Shown here: in pieces, positions 26,679 to 35,909 of the stretch
How positions within the stretch are numbered: position 1 is the stretch's first letter
Layout of the letters: each line of letters opens with the position of its first letter
Assembly (NCBI GenBank): GCA_964639295.1
Contig: CAZXDT010000002.1
Location: forward strand, 2,609-66,608
Direction: 5' to 3'
Length of the DNA stretch: 64,000 nucleotides
Source: an uncultured Candidatus Saccharibacteria bacterium
GTDB taxonomy: Bacteria; Patescibacteriota; Saccharimonadia; Saccharimonadales; JALRHH01
Program-made: the position numbers and the translations under genes
Notes under the pieces: generated by a model
What the model was told of the DNA's origin: nothing
Seen by the model: the letters and a program-made list of their open reading frames with translations, nothing else
Database searches by the model: none

Positions 26679-28216
26679 GTAACTTCTACGTCTTCACCGA
26701 AGTGTTTTTCTAGGCGTTTTTTAATGCTGCCGGGGTGGCGACCAAACTCTTTGGTTAACATGTTAAGTGTTTTCTTATCTTCAAACATTTTCTTAAGCTT
26801 AGCGTCATCTTCGTCTTTCCAGGGCATATAGGCATTGGGGTATTCTTCACGCATTTTTGCTAGCTTTTCAGACCAGTTACTGGCGGGCTTTTCGTCGTCC
26901 TCTTCTGGTTCTGGTTCGTTTTTGCGTTTTTCTTCCGACGCCAGCCAAGTTGCAATGTGGTCGGAATGTTCTTGAAGCGCCTTTTCACTACGACTACGAA
27001 GCTCTGTGTCGATTTCGCGGGCAAGTGGGCTTGTCTTCAGCGCCATGCCATTGAGCCCATCAAGCGCAAGTTGGTTCATGCTCTTAACACGAGACAACGC
27101 AACATAACCCATGCCTTCTACGAATGCCCGACGAAGATCGATATGTGCACCATCCAAAGTCATTCCTTGACTCTTATGCACCGTAATAGCCCAGGCTAGG
27201 CGCAGTGGTAGTTGCTTGAGTGTAGCGCGTCGTTTGTCACCATCTATAAGCTCCCAGGTATCAGGCAGCATTGTAATGGTTTTACCGTTATTTAGTTTAA
27301 GGATTGGGTGTTCGTCCTCGTCAAAGCCAGTCACAATTCCGAGTGTGCCGTTGGCGTATCTGCCGTTCTGGCTGTTCTTGATACACATAACGTGGGCACC
27401 CTTTTTCAATTGCAAAACTTCTGGCGCTAGACACGAACGAGTCAGTTGCTCGATAAATTTCTTACCACCGGTTGTTTCCATTTCGTATTCGTATGTGTCA
27501 CCGTCTAGACGATCAAGTTCCGCATCGTTGATACGATCAACATCTGCATTGGTTGTCAGTAATCGGGTGCGGGCAACAAACGGGTCTAAAGTTACATCAA
27601 TACGATTTTGCAGTGTGGTTAATTGGTTGCGGGTTAAGACCCCAGCACGGATACCATTAAGTATCTGTGCATAGGCATCGTCATCACTCTGACGATACTG
27701 TTTTTCAAGATAACAAACGGTGAAGTTACCCGATTGCCATGTGTCGGATGACAGTACAAAACTTCCAGCGCGTGATTCATGTCGGTTAACGGGGGGCAAC
27801 TGGAAGAAATCACCAACCAGCACAACCTGAAGCCCGCCGAATGGCTTGTCATTGCCACGAACTGTACGTGCTACTTCCTCGACCATGTCCAGACGGTAGT
27901 CGTGCAACATGCTAATTTCATCAATGATTAAGATGTCCGCTTTGGCGATCAAACCCTGTCGTTGTTTGCCTACTTTTTGGAAAAAGCGATCTGGCAACGT
28001 ATCATGTACGCCGATCCCTGCCCAAGCGTGGATGGTTGTGCCGTTCAAATGAGTAGCAGCAAGCCCGGTAGTAGCAGTAACGGCAATGCTTTTGCGTCGC
28101 TTCTTGGCACGACGAATAAACTCATTAATGAGATAGGTTTTACCGGTTCCGGCCGCTCCGGTTAACAGAACAGACTGCCCTGATTCCAAAATTGCCAATG
28201 CTTCTTGCTGTGTCAT
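26672..28216 (-). CDS. ATP-dependent DNA helicase, Pif1/RecD-like (SF1B) with ~120-aa charged C-terminal extension
   Basis: Walker A LLTGAAGTGKTYLI, Walker B ILIIDEISML, and the motifs VLVGDFFQLPPV and ITVHKSQGMTLD are present. Confidence 0.88.
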   Translation of the reverse strand: MTQQEALAILESGQSVLLTGAAGTGKTYLINEFIRRAKKRRKSIAVTATTGLAATHLNGTTIHAWAGIGVHDTLPDRFFQKVGKQRQGLIAKADILIIDEISMLHDYRLDMVEEVARTVRGNDKPFGGLQVVLVGDFFQLPPVNRHESRAGSFVLSSDTWQSGNFTVCYLEKQYRQSDDDAYAQILNGIRAGVLTRNQLTTLQNRIDVTLDPFVARTRLLTTNADVDRINDAELDRLDGDTYEYEMETTGGKKFIEQLTRSCLAPEVLQLKKGAHVMCIKNSQNGRYANGTLGIVTGFDEDEHPILKLNNGKTITMLPDTWELIDGDKRRATLKQLPLRLAWAITVHKSQGMTLDGAHIDLRRAFVEGMGYVALSRVKSMNQLALDGLNGMALKTSPLAREIDTELRSRSEKALQEHSDHIATWLASEEKRKNEPEPEEDDEKPASNWSEKLAKMREEYPNAYMPWKDEDDAKLKKMFEDKKTLNMLTKEFGRHPGSIKKRLEKHFGEDVEVTK

Positions 28217-28280
28217 GTCACTTTATTTTACATGCCCAATCTATGCACGCCTACGTAATAACGTAGTGTAAAATACCGAT

Positions 28281-28895
28281 ATGAAGACAGCACAAACAAT
28301 TGGGCTCTACCGTTTAGTAACAAGTATCGTGGTTATCACTGCAGTCATCACGCAGCTGGTATATGGAATGCAGACAATTTATGCGTATTCTGTCGTCAAT
28401 TTCTTTAGCTTTTTTACAATTGAATCAAACGTATTTGGCGCAGCCGTATTCGCTGTAGCTGGCTGGGCCGCATACAAGAACAGATCTATTGCACATCTTG
28501 CAGCAATACGTGGAGCAAGCACTCTATACATGGCCATTACAGGCATTGTTTACAGCTTACTCCTTGCCAATGCTGACGTTCAGACACCTATCCCTTGGAT
28601 TAACGCAGTACTCCACTACATTTTCCCTGTGTTAATCGTTGCTGATTGGCTTATTGACCCGCCCAAGAAAACCATCACTTTCAAGAAAGCACTAATATGG
28701 CTGACTTTCCCTGTTGTATACGCCATTTACAGTCTGGTTCGAGGAGCATCAACGCATTGGTACCCTTACCCATTTCTCAATGTAGATACGCTAGGCTATG
28801 GGCAAGTACTGGCTAACTGCATAGTTGTTGCAATCGGTGGCCTGGCTATCCTAGCAGCCGTCGTCGGCCTACCAAAACTTACAAATAAAAACTAA
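28281..28895 (+). CDS. Pr6Pr-family (FAR-17a/AIG1-like) integral membrane protein
   Basis: Six TM segments and the FSFFTIESNVF motif are present. It overlaps the convergent aspS gene by 4 nt. Confidence 0.65.
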   Translation: MKTAQTIGLYRLVTSIVVITAVITQLVYGMQTIYAYSVVNFFSFFTIESNVFGAAVFAVAGWAAYKNRSIAHLAAIRGASTLYMAITGIVYSLLLANADVQTPIPWINAVLHYIFPVLIVADWLIDPPKKTITFKKALIWLTFPVVYAIYSLVRGASTHWYPYPFLNVDTLGYGQVLANCIVVAIGGLAILAAVVGLPKLTNKN

Positions 28896-30655
28896 GCTTC
28901 TTCCACTGTTGTTTGGATACTGAGTTCAGTGAGCTGATTGTCTTCGACGAGGCTTGGGGAGGACATCATGACGTCTACACCGGAGCCATTTTTAGGGAAG
29001 GCGACGATTTCACGAATGTTTTCTTCGTTCATGAGCACCATAAACATACGGTCTAGGCCAAAGGCACAGCCGGCGTGTGGTGGAGCACCATATTTGAAAG
29101 CATTAATCATAGCGCCAAAGCGACTCTCTACGTATTCTTTGTCGTAATCGAGTGCACCAAAGACTGCATAAAGTACGTCTGGATTGTGGTTACGTACACC
29201 GCCAGAACAGATTTCATAGCCGTTCATAACCATGTCGTATTGATCAGCAAGAATACTTAACTTATCTTCAGTATTAAGTGCCTCAAGCCCGCCTTTTGGC
29301 ATGCTGAATGGGTTGTGACCAAAGTCTGGCTTGCCGGTCTTTTCGTCCTGTTCGTAGAATGGGAAGTCAACAACCCAGGCAAGGGCAATAAGGTCAGGGT
29401 CCTTGAGGTCAAAATGCGTAGCAAACTCGTTGCGCAGGCGTCCAAGGACTTTGTTCACGGTCGTCTTTTTATCTGCACCAAAGAACACAGTATCGCCGTC
29501 TTCTGCACCAGTTTTAGTCTTGATAGCATCAAGTTCTTCGGCAGTCATAAACTTAGCAATTGGTGATTTAACCTCACCGTTCTCCCAGGAAATATATGCC
29601 AATCCGCCAGCACCCTCTTGTTTTGCGATCTCTGTAAAGGAATCAATTTGCGAACGGCTCAATGAGGTACCGTTTTTTACGCAGATAGCTTTCACTGCTC
29701 CGCCGGCTGCAATTGGGTTCTTAAACACGCCAAACTCGCTGCCTTTAAGTTCTTCCGATAGATCAACCAACTCCATACCAAATCGGAGATCGGGTTTGTC
29801 GGTGCCAAATCGGTCCATTGATTCTTGGTATGGGATACGTGGGATGTCTTCTGAAAGTAACTTTTTGCCCGCAAAGTCAGTCACCAGGTTCTTGATAAGT
29901 GGGTCCATCGTGCTGCGAACTTCTTCGCCGTCTTCTACGAATGCCATTTCGAGGTCCAGTTGGTAGAACTCGCCGTACAAACGGTCAGCGCGGGGATCTT
30001 CATCACGGAAACACGCTGCAATCTGGTAGTAACGCGGTACGCCACCAACCATCAACAGTTGCTTGAACTGCTGTGGTGCCTGAGGCAATGCGTAAAATTT
30101 ACCCGGGTGTACACGTGATGGAATCAAGAAGTCACGGGCTCCTTCAGGACTACTGTTGGCCAAAATTGGTGTTGCTACCTCTGTAAATTCAAGATTTTCC
30201 ATGTAGGCACGCATAACTTTGTAGTAGTCAGCGCGTTTTTTGAGCATAGTTTGCATCTTTTCACGACGCAGGTCCAAGAAGCGGTATTTAAGGCGCAACT
30301 CTTCACTCGATTGGTTCTCGCTGTGAATTTGAATTGGCAAAGTCTCTGCCCTGTTTAAAATACTTAACGTGTTAAGTATTACTTCAATTCCACCTGTTGG
30401 GATATTAGGGTTCTTTAACCCTTCGCCTCTTTCTACTACCGAACCTGTTGCTGATATCACAAACTCGTCACGCAACTGCTCTGCTATCACAAATGCCTCA
30501 GCATTATCTGGACGAATAGTAAGCTGGACAAGGCCTGTATGGTCACGAAGGTCAATAAAAATAAGCCCGCCGTGGTCACGACGTGACTGGACCCAGCCTT
30601 TAAGCTCGACCTTTTCACCAACTTTGTTGGCAGAATCAATAGCCAATGTTCTCAT
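28892..30655 (-). CDS. aspS: Aspartate--tRNA ligase
   Basis: The OB-fold N-terminus (FIDLRDHTGLVQL), class II motifs (ACFRDEDPRADR, GLDRMFMVL) and the 587-aa length fit AspRS. Confidence 0.95.
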   Translation of the reverse strand: MRTLAIDSANKVGEKVELKGWVQSRRDHGGLIFIDLRDHTGLVQLTIRPDNAEAFVIAEQLRDEFVISATGSVVERGEGLKNPNIPTGGIEVILNTLSILNRAETLPIQIHSENQSSEELRLKYRFLDLRREKMQTMLKKRADYYKVMRAYMENLEFTEVATPILANSSPEGARDFLIPSRVHPGKFYALPQAPQQFKQLLMVGGVPRYYQIAACFRDEDPRADRLYGEFYQLDLEMAFVEDGEEVRSTMDPLIKNLVTDFAGKKLLSEDIPRIPYQESMDRFGTDKPDLRFGMELVDLSEELKGSEFGVFKNPIAAGGAVKAICVKNGTSLSRSQIDSFTEIAKQEGAGGLAYISWENGEVKSPIAKFMTAEELDAIKTKTGAEDGDTVFFGADKKTTVNKVLGRLRNEFATHFDLKDPDLIALAWVVDFPFYEQDEKTGKPDFGHNPFSMPKGGLEALNTEDKLSILADQYDMVMNGYEICSGGVRNHNPDVLYAVFGALDYDKEYVESRFGAMINAFKYGAPPHAGCAFGLDRMFMVLMNEENIREIVAFPKNGSGVDVMMSSPSLVEDNQLTELSIQTTVEEA

Positions 30656-30701
30656 TGGAACTATTCTATCACCTCTGTTAGTGATCTCATAATAGATATT
30701 A

Positions 30702-31757
30702 CTACTCTTCGGTTACTGTCTCTATGTTGTCGTGAGGAGAATCGTTCACTACGTGTTCTTTGTGTTCTTTGGCGGCCATCTTGGCAGCTACGGCGCGGAG
30801 GTCTTCGTATTGGTCAAACTCATCGACAATTTGCTTGCCGACAATCTCTTCCATGATATCTTCTATAGTCACAATGCCGACGTATTCTTCAAAGCTATTT
30901 ACGACGATGAATAGTTGCTGATGTGTCTTAAGAATTGCGTCAAGCGCCTCCGTTAACGGCTGATCCTCGTGTACATAGCAAACTTGTTTGCTCATGACCT
31001 TAGCAACTGTGCCGCCTGTCTTGGCTCGCACTAGATCCTTAAGATACAGAACGCCAACAATGTTGTCCTGCTTCCCTTCATATGTAGGGAACCTGGAAAA
31101 ACCGCTCTTATGGAGGTCGGTCATTAGAACAGGGCCGATTGTATCGTCAGCGGATACAGCCTTTACAACTCGACGTGGAGTCAGAATATCTGACACCTTC
31201 TTATCAGCGAACTGGAGTGTGTGCTCGACGATCTCTAGTGTCTGACGATCGACTTGATTATCTGATTGAACTTTTTGACGCTCGAATAAGGCCAGTAAAT
31301 CATCCTTGTCGTAGAGGCCGGTATGTACATTTACGGGTCGATGGCGACGAACAAAGCTCACTAGTCGATCAATAACCGGGTGGATATACTGCAAGATCTT
31401 TTCTAACGCTGGGGCAGTTTTGCTTGCTACCCACACACCCATACGCGTGGCATCCTGGGCTGGTAGCCAGATAAATCCGAACCAGAGTACGATCCCGCTC
31501 AAAAGAACCGCAAACCATCCCTCTGTGGCCCCTGCCACGGTCGTGAAGAATATCGAACCAACTAATACGATAAGAACCCATAAGAGTGTTCTTAGACTCG
31601 ATCCGTAAGAAGCAGCCCTAAGGAGTGCGGAGGCAACTTGGTCACCAGTTCGCGCACGACGTTTCAGCTCTTTTACAGGCACACTGCCGTATGTTCTCTG
31701 TAGGCTTATGGAAAACAAGGTTAGCGCTGCCAGGACGAGGATGTAGATGAAACTCAT
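30702..31757 (-). CDS. CNNM/DUF21 + tandem CBS domain membrane protein (hemolysin-family, no CorC_HlyC domain seen)
   Basis: Four N-terminal TM helices are followed by CBS-like repeats (TPRRVVKAVSADDTIGPVL..., VCYVHEDQPLTEALDAI...). The protein ends after the second CBS repeat. Confidence 0.82.
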   Translation of the reverse strand: MSFIYILVLAALTLFSISLQRTYGSVPVKELKRRARTGDQVASALLRAASYGSSLRTLLWVLIVLVGSIFFTTVAGATEGWFAVLLSGIVLWFGFIWLPAQDATRMGVWVASKTAPALEKILQYIHPVIDRLVSFVRRHRPVNVHTGLYDKDDLLALFERQKVQSDNQVDRQTLEIVEHTLQFADKKVSDILTPRRVVKAVSADDTIGPVLMTDLHKSGFSRFPTYEGKQDNIVGVLYLKDLVRAKTGGTVAKVMSKQVCYVHEDQPLTEALDAILKTHQQLFIVVNSFEEYVGIVTIEDIMEEIVGKQIVDEFDQYEDLRAVAAKMAAKEHKEHVVNDSPHDNIETVTEE

Positions 31758-31837
31758 GACTCAATACTAGTCGAGTGTGCCAAGTTTTGAAAGAGGTTGG
31801 GAATCCTTTACAATGGACAAGATAAAAGAGAGGGAAT

Positions 31838-32482
31838 ATGAAATCACGTTTTAGTCTTATTTTAATCGCCTGTGCAGTATTGTTTTTCGGCATTTTATTC
31901 GTTACCAAAAAAGATGCTAAGTCACCATCAGGTGGCAGTAATTCTAGTCAACCAAGTAACCATGTCAGGGGTGAAGGTAAAAGTGGCGTAACACTCACTG
32001 AGTACGGGGACTTCCAATGCCCGGCTTGTGGCGCTTACTATCCGGTTGTTGAGCAAGTCTACGAGAAGTATCACGACCAGATCACCTTCCAATTCCGTAA
32101 CTTCCCACTTCGTCAGATTCACCAGCATGCCATGGTTGCCCACCGTGCAGCTGCTGCTGCAGACAAGCAAGGTAAATTCTGGGATATGTACAACATGCTC
32201 TACAAGAATCAAGATAGCTGGACTAACCAAAGTGACCCAACAACAATCTTCCGTGGTTTTGCGGAGAGCTTAGGGCTTAACATGACTCAGTATGATACTG
32301 ATTTCAAGAGCGAAGCAGTCAACGACATCATCAATGCAGATATTGCCGAGGGTCAGAAGCTCGGTATTAGCGGTACTCCAACATTTGTCATCGATGGCAA
32401 GAAGATCGAGAACCCCAAAGATGCAGATGCCTTCAATAAAATCATTGAGGACGCCATCAAGGCCAAAACCCAAAACAACTAA
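31838..32482 (+). CDS. DsbA-family thiol:disulfide oxidoreductase (membrane-anchored/secreted)
   Basis: The N-terminus is hydrophobic. The active site reads EYGDFQCPACGAY (CPAC). Confidence 0.88.
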   Translation: MKSRFSLILIACAVLFFGILFVTKKDAKSPSGGSNSSQPSNHVRGEGKSGVTLTEYGDFQCPACGAYYPVVEQVYEKYHDQITFQFRNFPLRQIHQHAMVAHRAAAAADKQGKFWDMYNMLYKNQDSWTNQSDPTTIFRGFAESLGLNMTQYDTDFKSEAVNDIINADIAEGQKLGISGTPTFVIDGKKIENPKDADAFNKIIEDAIKAKTQNN

Positions 32483-32492
32483 TAGTTAGCTA

Positions 32493-32662
32493 CTAATCGT
32501 TTCGCACTTAAGCTCCAGATTCAATTTCTCCTTGAGAAACGGACCGAGCCGTACCTAAGTACGGTGAAGGGAGTATCGGAGAGGAAAATTGGATATGGAG
32601 CCAAGAGGCCAGCGGGTCGCGAGCTCCGCTCGTGAGCAGGCTGGCTGGTGCGAAACGATTAG
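32493..32662 (+). repeat. Bipartite structured element, copy B (module 1 at 32522-32591, module 2 at 32608-32645, perfect 15-bp closing stem)
   Basis: ctaatcgtttcgcac (32493-32507) is the exact reverse complement of gtgcgaaacgattag (32648-32662). The interior aligns base-for-base with 23381-23510 at roughly 85% identity by eye. Confidence 0.8.
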
Positions 32663-32670
32663 AAAGTAAA

Positions 32671-32706
32671 AGGCCAGTCTGATGACTGGTCTTTCTTTTT
32701 GTTTTT
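32671..32706 (+). terminator. Rho-independent terminator directly after structured element copy B
   Basis: The hairpin aggccagtc-tgat-gactggtct is followed by ttctttttgttttt. Confidence 0.8.
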
Positions 32707-32971
32707 GACCCTTTAGGGCAGTTCTTAATAAGATAGGAACTGTTGCCAAGAAGGGCGGCGTACTCTAACTTCCACGCGGGTACCTCGTGAATTCATTACT
32801 TTAATTTTAACAGGCATACCCCTGTAACCTCCACATGACCACACGCCTCTCACAGGACATATGATCCACTCATTTTTTGTTGATAGTTGTTTTTGTGTTT
32901 CGTTTAGCCAATTTAAAAGCAGGCTACTCGAACTGATCCCATATTCTCATAAACATAAGGGGATTGTCAAA

Positions 32972-33535
32972 CTATTTCGAATGGTCGTGTTGCGGATCAA
33001 GCTCTTGCTCGAGCCGACGCTCAAGTTCCGCGCTATCAACTGGCCGCAGCATCTTGCGTAGCTCGGGATCATTAGTAATATTGACCCCCTCTTTTTCGAG
33101 TAAGAGTGCAGTCAAATTAATAAGTTTTGTCAGTTCGCCTTCTGCAATAGTGCTCAGCTGTAGTTCAATCTCTTCGCGTAGCTCACTAACACGTGCCTCG
33201 CGGTTCTGGGATATCAACACAATAATAGCCAGGCCAATCGCCTCTAGTGACACAATCATGGTCAGTAGGCCGAATGGGAACGGATCAAAAATCTCTACAG
33301 CCGGGACATGTCCAGTGTTGATGAGAATCCAGACTGTAAACCAAATGAAGTTGAGTGCTAGGAAGGTTACTGTACCGAATTTGGCGGTTAGTAAGTCAGC
33401 GAACTTCTCTGTTGCGGATCGTTTGGCATCAGCTTTGGCCTTGAAGCTCTTAATGACCTTGCGGCGCTTTTGCACACTGTCCTGATGTGACAGAAGTGGT
33501 GCGAGTACGTTTAACGGGTTAAGTGGATTTTGCAT
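32972..33535 (-). CDS. DUF1003 domain membrane protein
   Basis: Two TM helices contain FDPFPFGLLTMIVSLEAIGLAIIVLISQNR, which matches the DUF1003 signature from memory. Confidence 0.75.
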   Translation of the reverse strand: MQNPLNPLNVLAPLLSHQDSVQKRRKVIKSFKAKADAKRSATEKFADLLTAKFGTVTFLALNFIWFTVWILINTGHVPAVEIFDPFPFGLLTMIVSLEAIGLAIIVLISQNREARVSELREEIELQLSTIAEGELTKLINLTALLLEKEGVNITNDPELRKMLRPVDSAELERRLEQELDPQHDHSK

Positions 33536-33586
33536 AATTGCTTATCCTTACGATACAATATTATAGAAGGAATTTAAAACGAAAAC

Positions 33587-35290
33587 ATGCACGGCGACAT
33601 TTTTACCGAACTGAGCCTTACCATAGCTATCGCTGCTGGTATGGCTTTTATCATGCGACTCATCCGTCAGCCATTGATTTTAGGCTACATTCTAGCCGGA
33701 CTTATTGTTGGTCCGTCTTTCCTCGGGATCATTAGTCAGACGAACCAGGAGATGTTCGATACGTTCTCTCACATTGGTATCGCCCTACTATTATTCATTA
33801 TCGGCCTCGGCATGAACGTTTCCGAACTGCGGAAACAGGGTCGATCGGTACTTATAGCAGCTGTCTCGGCCTTCGTTGCCGTTGGCTCACTTGGGTTTAC
33901 CGCTGGTGCACTGCTCGGTTACACCAACACAGAGGCACTCATCATTGGGCTCTCCCTGTTCTTCAGTAGCACCATTATTATCGTTAAGATTCTTAGTGAT
34001 AAAAAGGAGACCAACCGACTTCATGGCCAGCTTGCTATCGGTATTATCTTGTTTGATGACTTGGTCGCCACTCTTGCCCTACTGTTTATTGCCGCCGGTA
34101 AAAGCGGTGGACTTGAACTGGATCAGCTCCTACTTCTGCTGATTAAGGGCTCGTTGTTGATGGCATTCTTGATCATTGCCAACTTGCACATACTTGGTAA
34201 AGTAACCCGATTCATGGCAACTTCACAGGAGCTATTATTCCTTTTTGCTATAAGCTGGGGATTTGGCATCGGCACGCTGTTCGAGCACGCTGGATTCTCA
34301 TTGGAAGTCGGTGCCCTATTTGCAGGTGTTGCGCTAGGCTCACTGCCCTACTCGCAGGAAATTACCGCACGACTTAAACCACTGCGTGATTTCTTTGTCC
34401 TACTATTCTTCATCACCCTGGGCGAGAGCTTAGATATACAAAGTTTAGGTTCAGCAGTGGTGCCGGCCGTTGCATTGGCAGCGCTTGTGATGATTGCTAA
34501 GCCAGGCATTATTACGTTAACACTTGGGCTCCTAGGTTATACCAAACGTGTTAGCTTCAAGGCAGGTATTAACTTATCCCAGATCAGTGAGTTCTCCATT
34601 ATCATATCGGTTCTGGCAGCATCTACTAACATGATCAGGCCAGAGGTAAGTGCCGTCATAACTCTGGTAGCCATGATCACTATCGCCATCTCAACCTACC
34701 TGATGCACTATGACGAACAGCTATTTACGATATTTGATAAGATCAACTTCCGTTTGTTTGAGCGCGAGGCTTCTTACAAAGAACACATCAAGCGAAGAAA
34801 TTATCCGTTTATCCTCTTTGGTTACCACAAGGGTGGTCACGAATTCATTAATACCTTCCAGCAAATGGGCAAACGGTTTGTAGTTGTCGATTACGACCCA
34901 GCAGTTATAGATACACTGGAACAACACGACGTAGCGTTCATGTACGGTGATGCGACTGACCCAGAACTTATGGATGAAATTGGCGTTGAGCATGCCAAGC
35001 TTATTGTCTGTACGTTTACTGACTACGCTATTACTACGCAGCTTGTGTCAGCAATTGTTAAGCTCAACGATAAAGCCGTCATTATATGTCACGCCACCAA
35101 CCAGGAAGAAGCCATCCAGTTATACGAAATGGGTGCTACGTACGTCATGATTCCACACTACATTGGCAGTGAAAAAGTCAGTGCCTTCCTAAAGCGCAAT
35201 GGTATAGACAAGGAACAGTTTGAACAGTTCAAGGCTAAGCACCTGGCTTATCTTGAGTCACATTTCACTCACGTCGCACCAGATATGTAG
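33587..35290 (+). CDS. Cation:proton antiporter (Kef/CPA2-type) with C-terminal TrkA-N (RCK) domain
   Basis: A ~380-aa polytopic Na_H_Exchanger-like region is followed by a Rossmann-like PFILFGYHKGGHEFI segment. Confidence 0.88.
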   Translation: MHGDIFTELSLTIAIAAGMAFIMRLIRQPLILGYILAGLIVGPSFLGIISQTNQEMFDTFSHIGIALLLFIIGLGMNVSELRKQGRSVLIAAVSAFVAVGSLGFTAGALLGYTNTEALIIGLSLFFSSTIIIVKILSDKKETNRLHGQLAIGIILFDDLVATLALLFIAAGKSGGLELDQLLLLLIKGSLLMAFLIIANLHILGKVTRFMATSQELLFLFAISWGFGIGTLFEHAGFSLEVGALFAGVALGSLPYSQEITARLKPLRDFFVLLFFITLGESLDIQSLGSAVVPAVALAALVMIAKPGIITLTLGLLGYTKRVSFKAGINLSQISEFSIIISVLAASTNMIRPEVSAVITLVAMITIAISTYLMHYDEQLFTIFDKINFRLFEREASYKEHIKRRNYPFILFGYHKGGHEFINTFQQMGKRFVVVDYDPAVIDTLEQHDVAFMYGDATDPELMDEIGVEHAKLIVCTFTDYAITTQLVSAIVKLNDKAVIICHATNQEEAIQLYEMGATYVMIPHYIGSEKVSAFLKRNGIDKEQFEQFKAKHLAYLESHFTHVAPDM

Positions 35291-35297
35291 CCACAAC

Positions 35298-35900
35298 TCA
35301 AATGCGAGGATCATGGTAGAGACCGTTGGCTGCTATATACGCGGCCGTAGCACTTGGGATTACTTCTGGCGTCTCTTGCCTCTTGAGCTTTGCTCTCATC
35401 GATCGTGACGTTAGCTTTGGCAAGGGCTGGTCAATCAAGTGATACACGAATGGGAACGCCTTGGTATGCTGCAGAGCATATAGTTTCTCTTGTAAGTCTT
35501 GCTTACCAGCATCGTCCTGTACGCCAATAATAAAGTCGGGCGCTATATCTACTAATTCATCAATCTGCGGCCACGTTGCAATGTGACCCAAGTTCTCTTC
35601 ACCCATTAACATAAATATATCTGCATCACTAAAACGAGCTGTAATCTTGGGCCAAGTGCTATCAACTGAGAACCGGGCCTCCTCCAGCACGATGACGCCC
35701 AAATGAGCATCATTCTGTATACCCGCCTGAGTCATAGCGATCCGATGCTCGAGTGCCCGTACGCCTTGTTTGCGATGTGGCCGAGGCTCTACCAAGAAAA
35801 ATATCTTATCTAACTTGAACCGCTTACCAGCAGCGCACGCAAAGGCAATATGACCCTCATGTATCGGGTCAAAAGCCCCAGGATATATACCAACTCTCAT
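35298..35900 (-). CDS. nadD: Nicotinate-nucleotide adenylyltransferase-like cytidylyltransferase
   Basis: GIYPGAFDPIHEGHIAFA (the HxGH motif) and a C-terminal TSRSMR (ISSTxxR-like) are present. Confidence 0.8.
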   Translation of the reverse strand: MRVGIYPGAFDPIHEGHIAFACAAGKRFKLDKIFFLVEPRPHRKQGVRALEHRIAMTQAGIQNDAHLGVIVLEEARFSVDSTWPKITARFSDADIFMLMGEENLGHIATWPQIDELVDIAPDFIIGVQDDAGKQDLQEKLYALQHTKAFPFVYHLIDQPLPKLTSRSMRAKLKRQETPEVIPSATAAYIAANGLYHDPRI

Positions 35901-35909
35901 GCATCCATT

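Noticed and set aside
32555-32749. A 64-aa minus-strand ORF across structured element copy B, and a 79-aa ORF (23225-23464) across copy A.
   Set aside because: The two translations are unrelated even though the DNA is homologous. They have no RBS and overlap the terminator and neighbouring genes.
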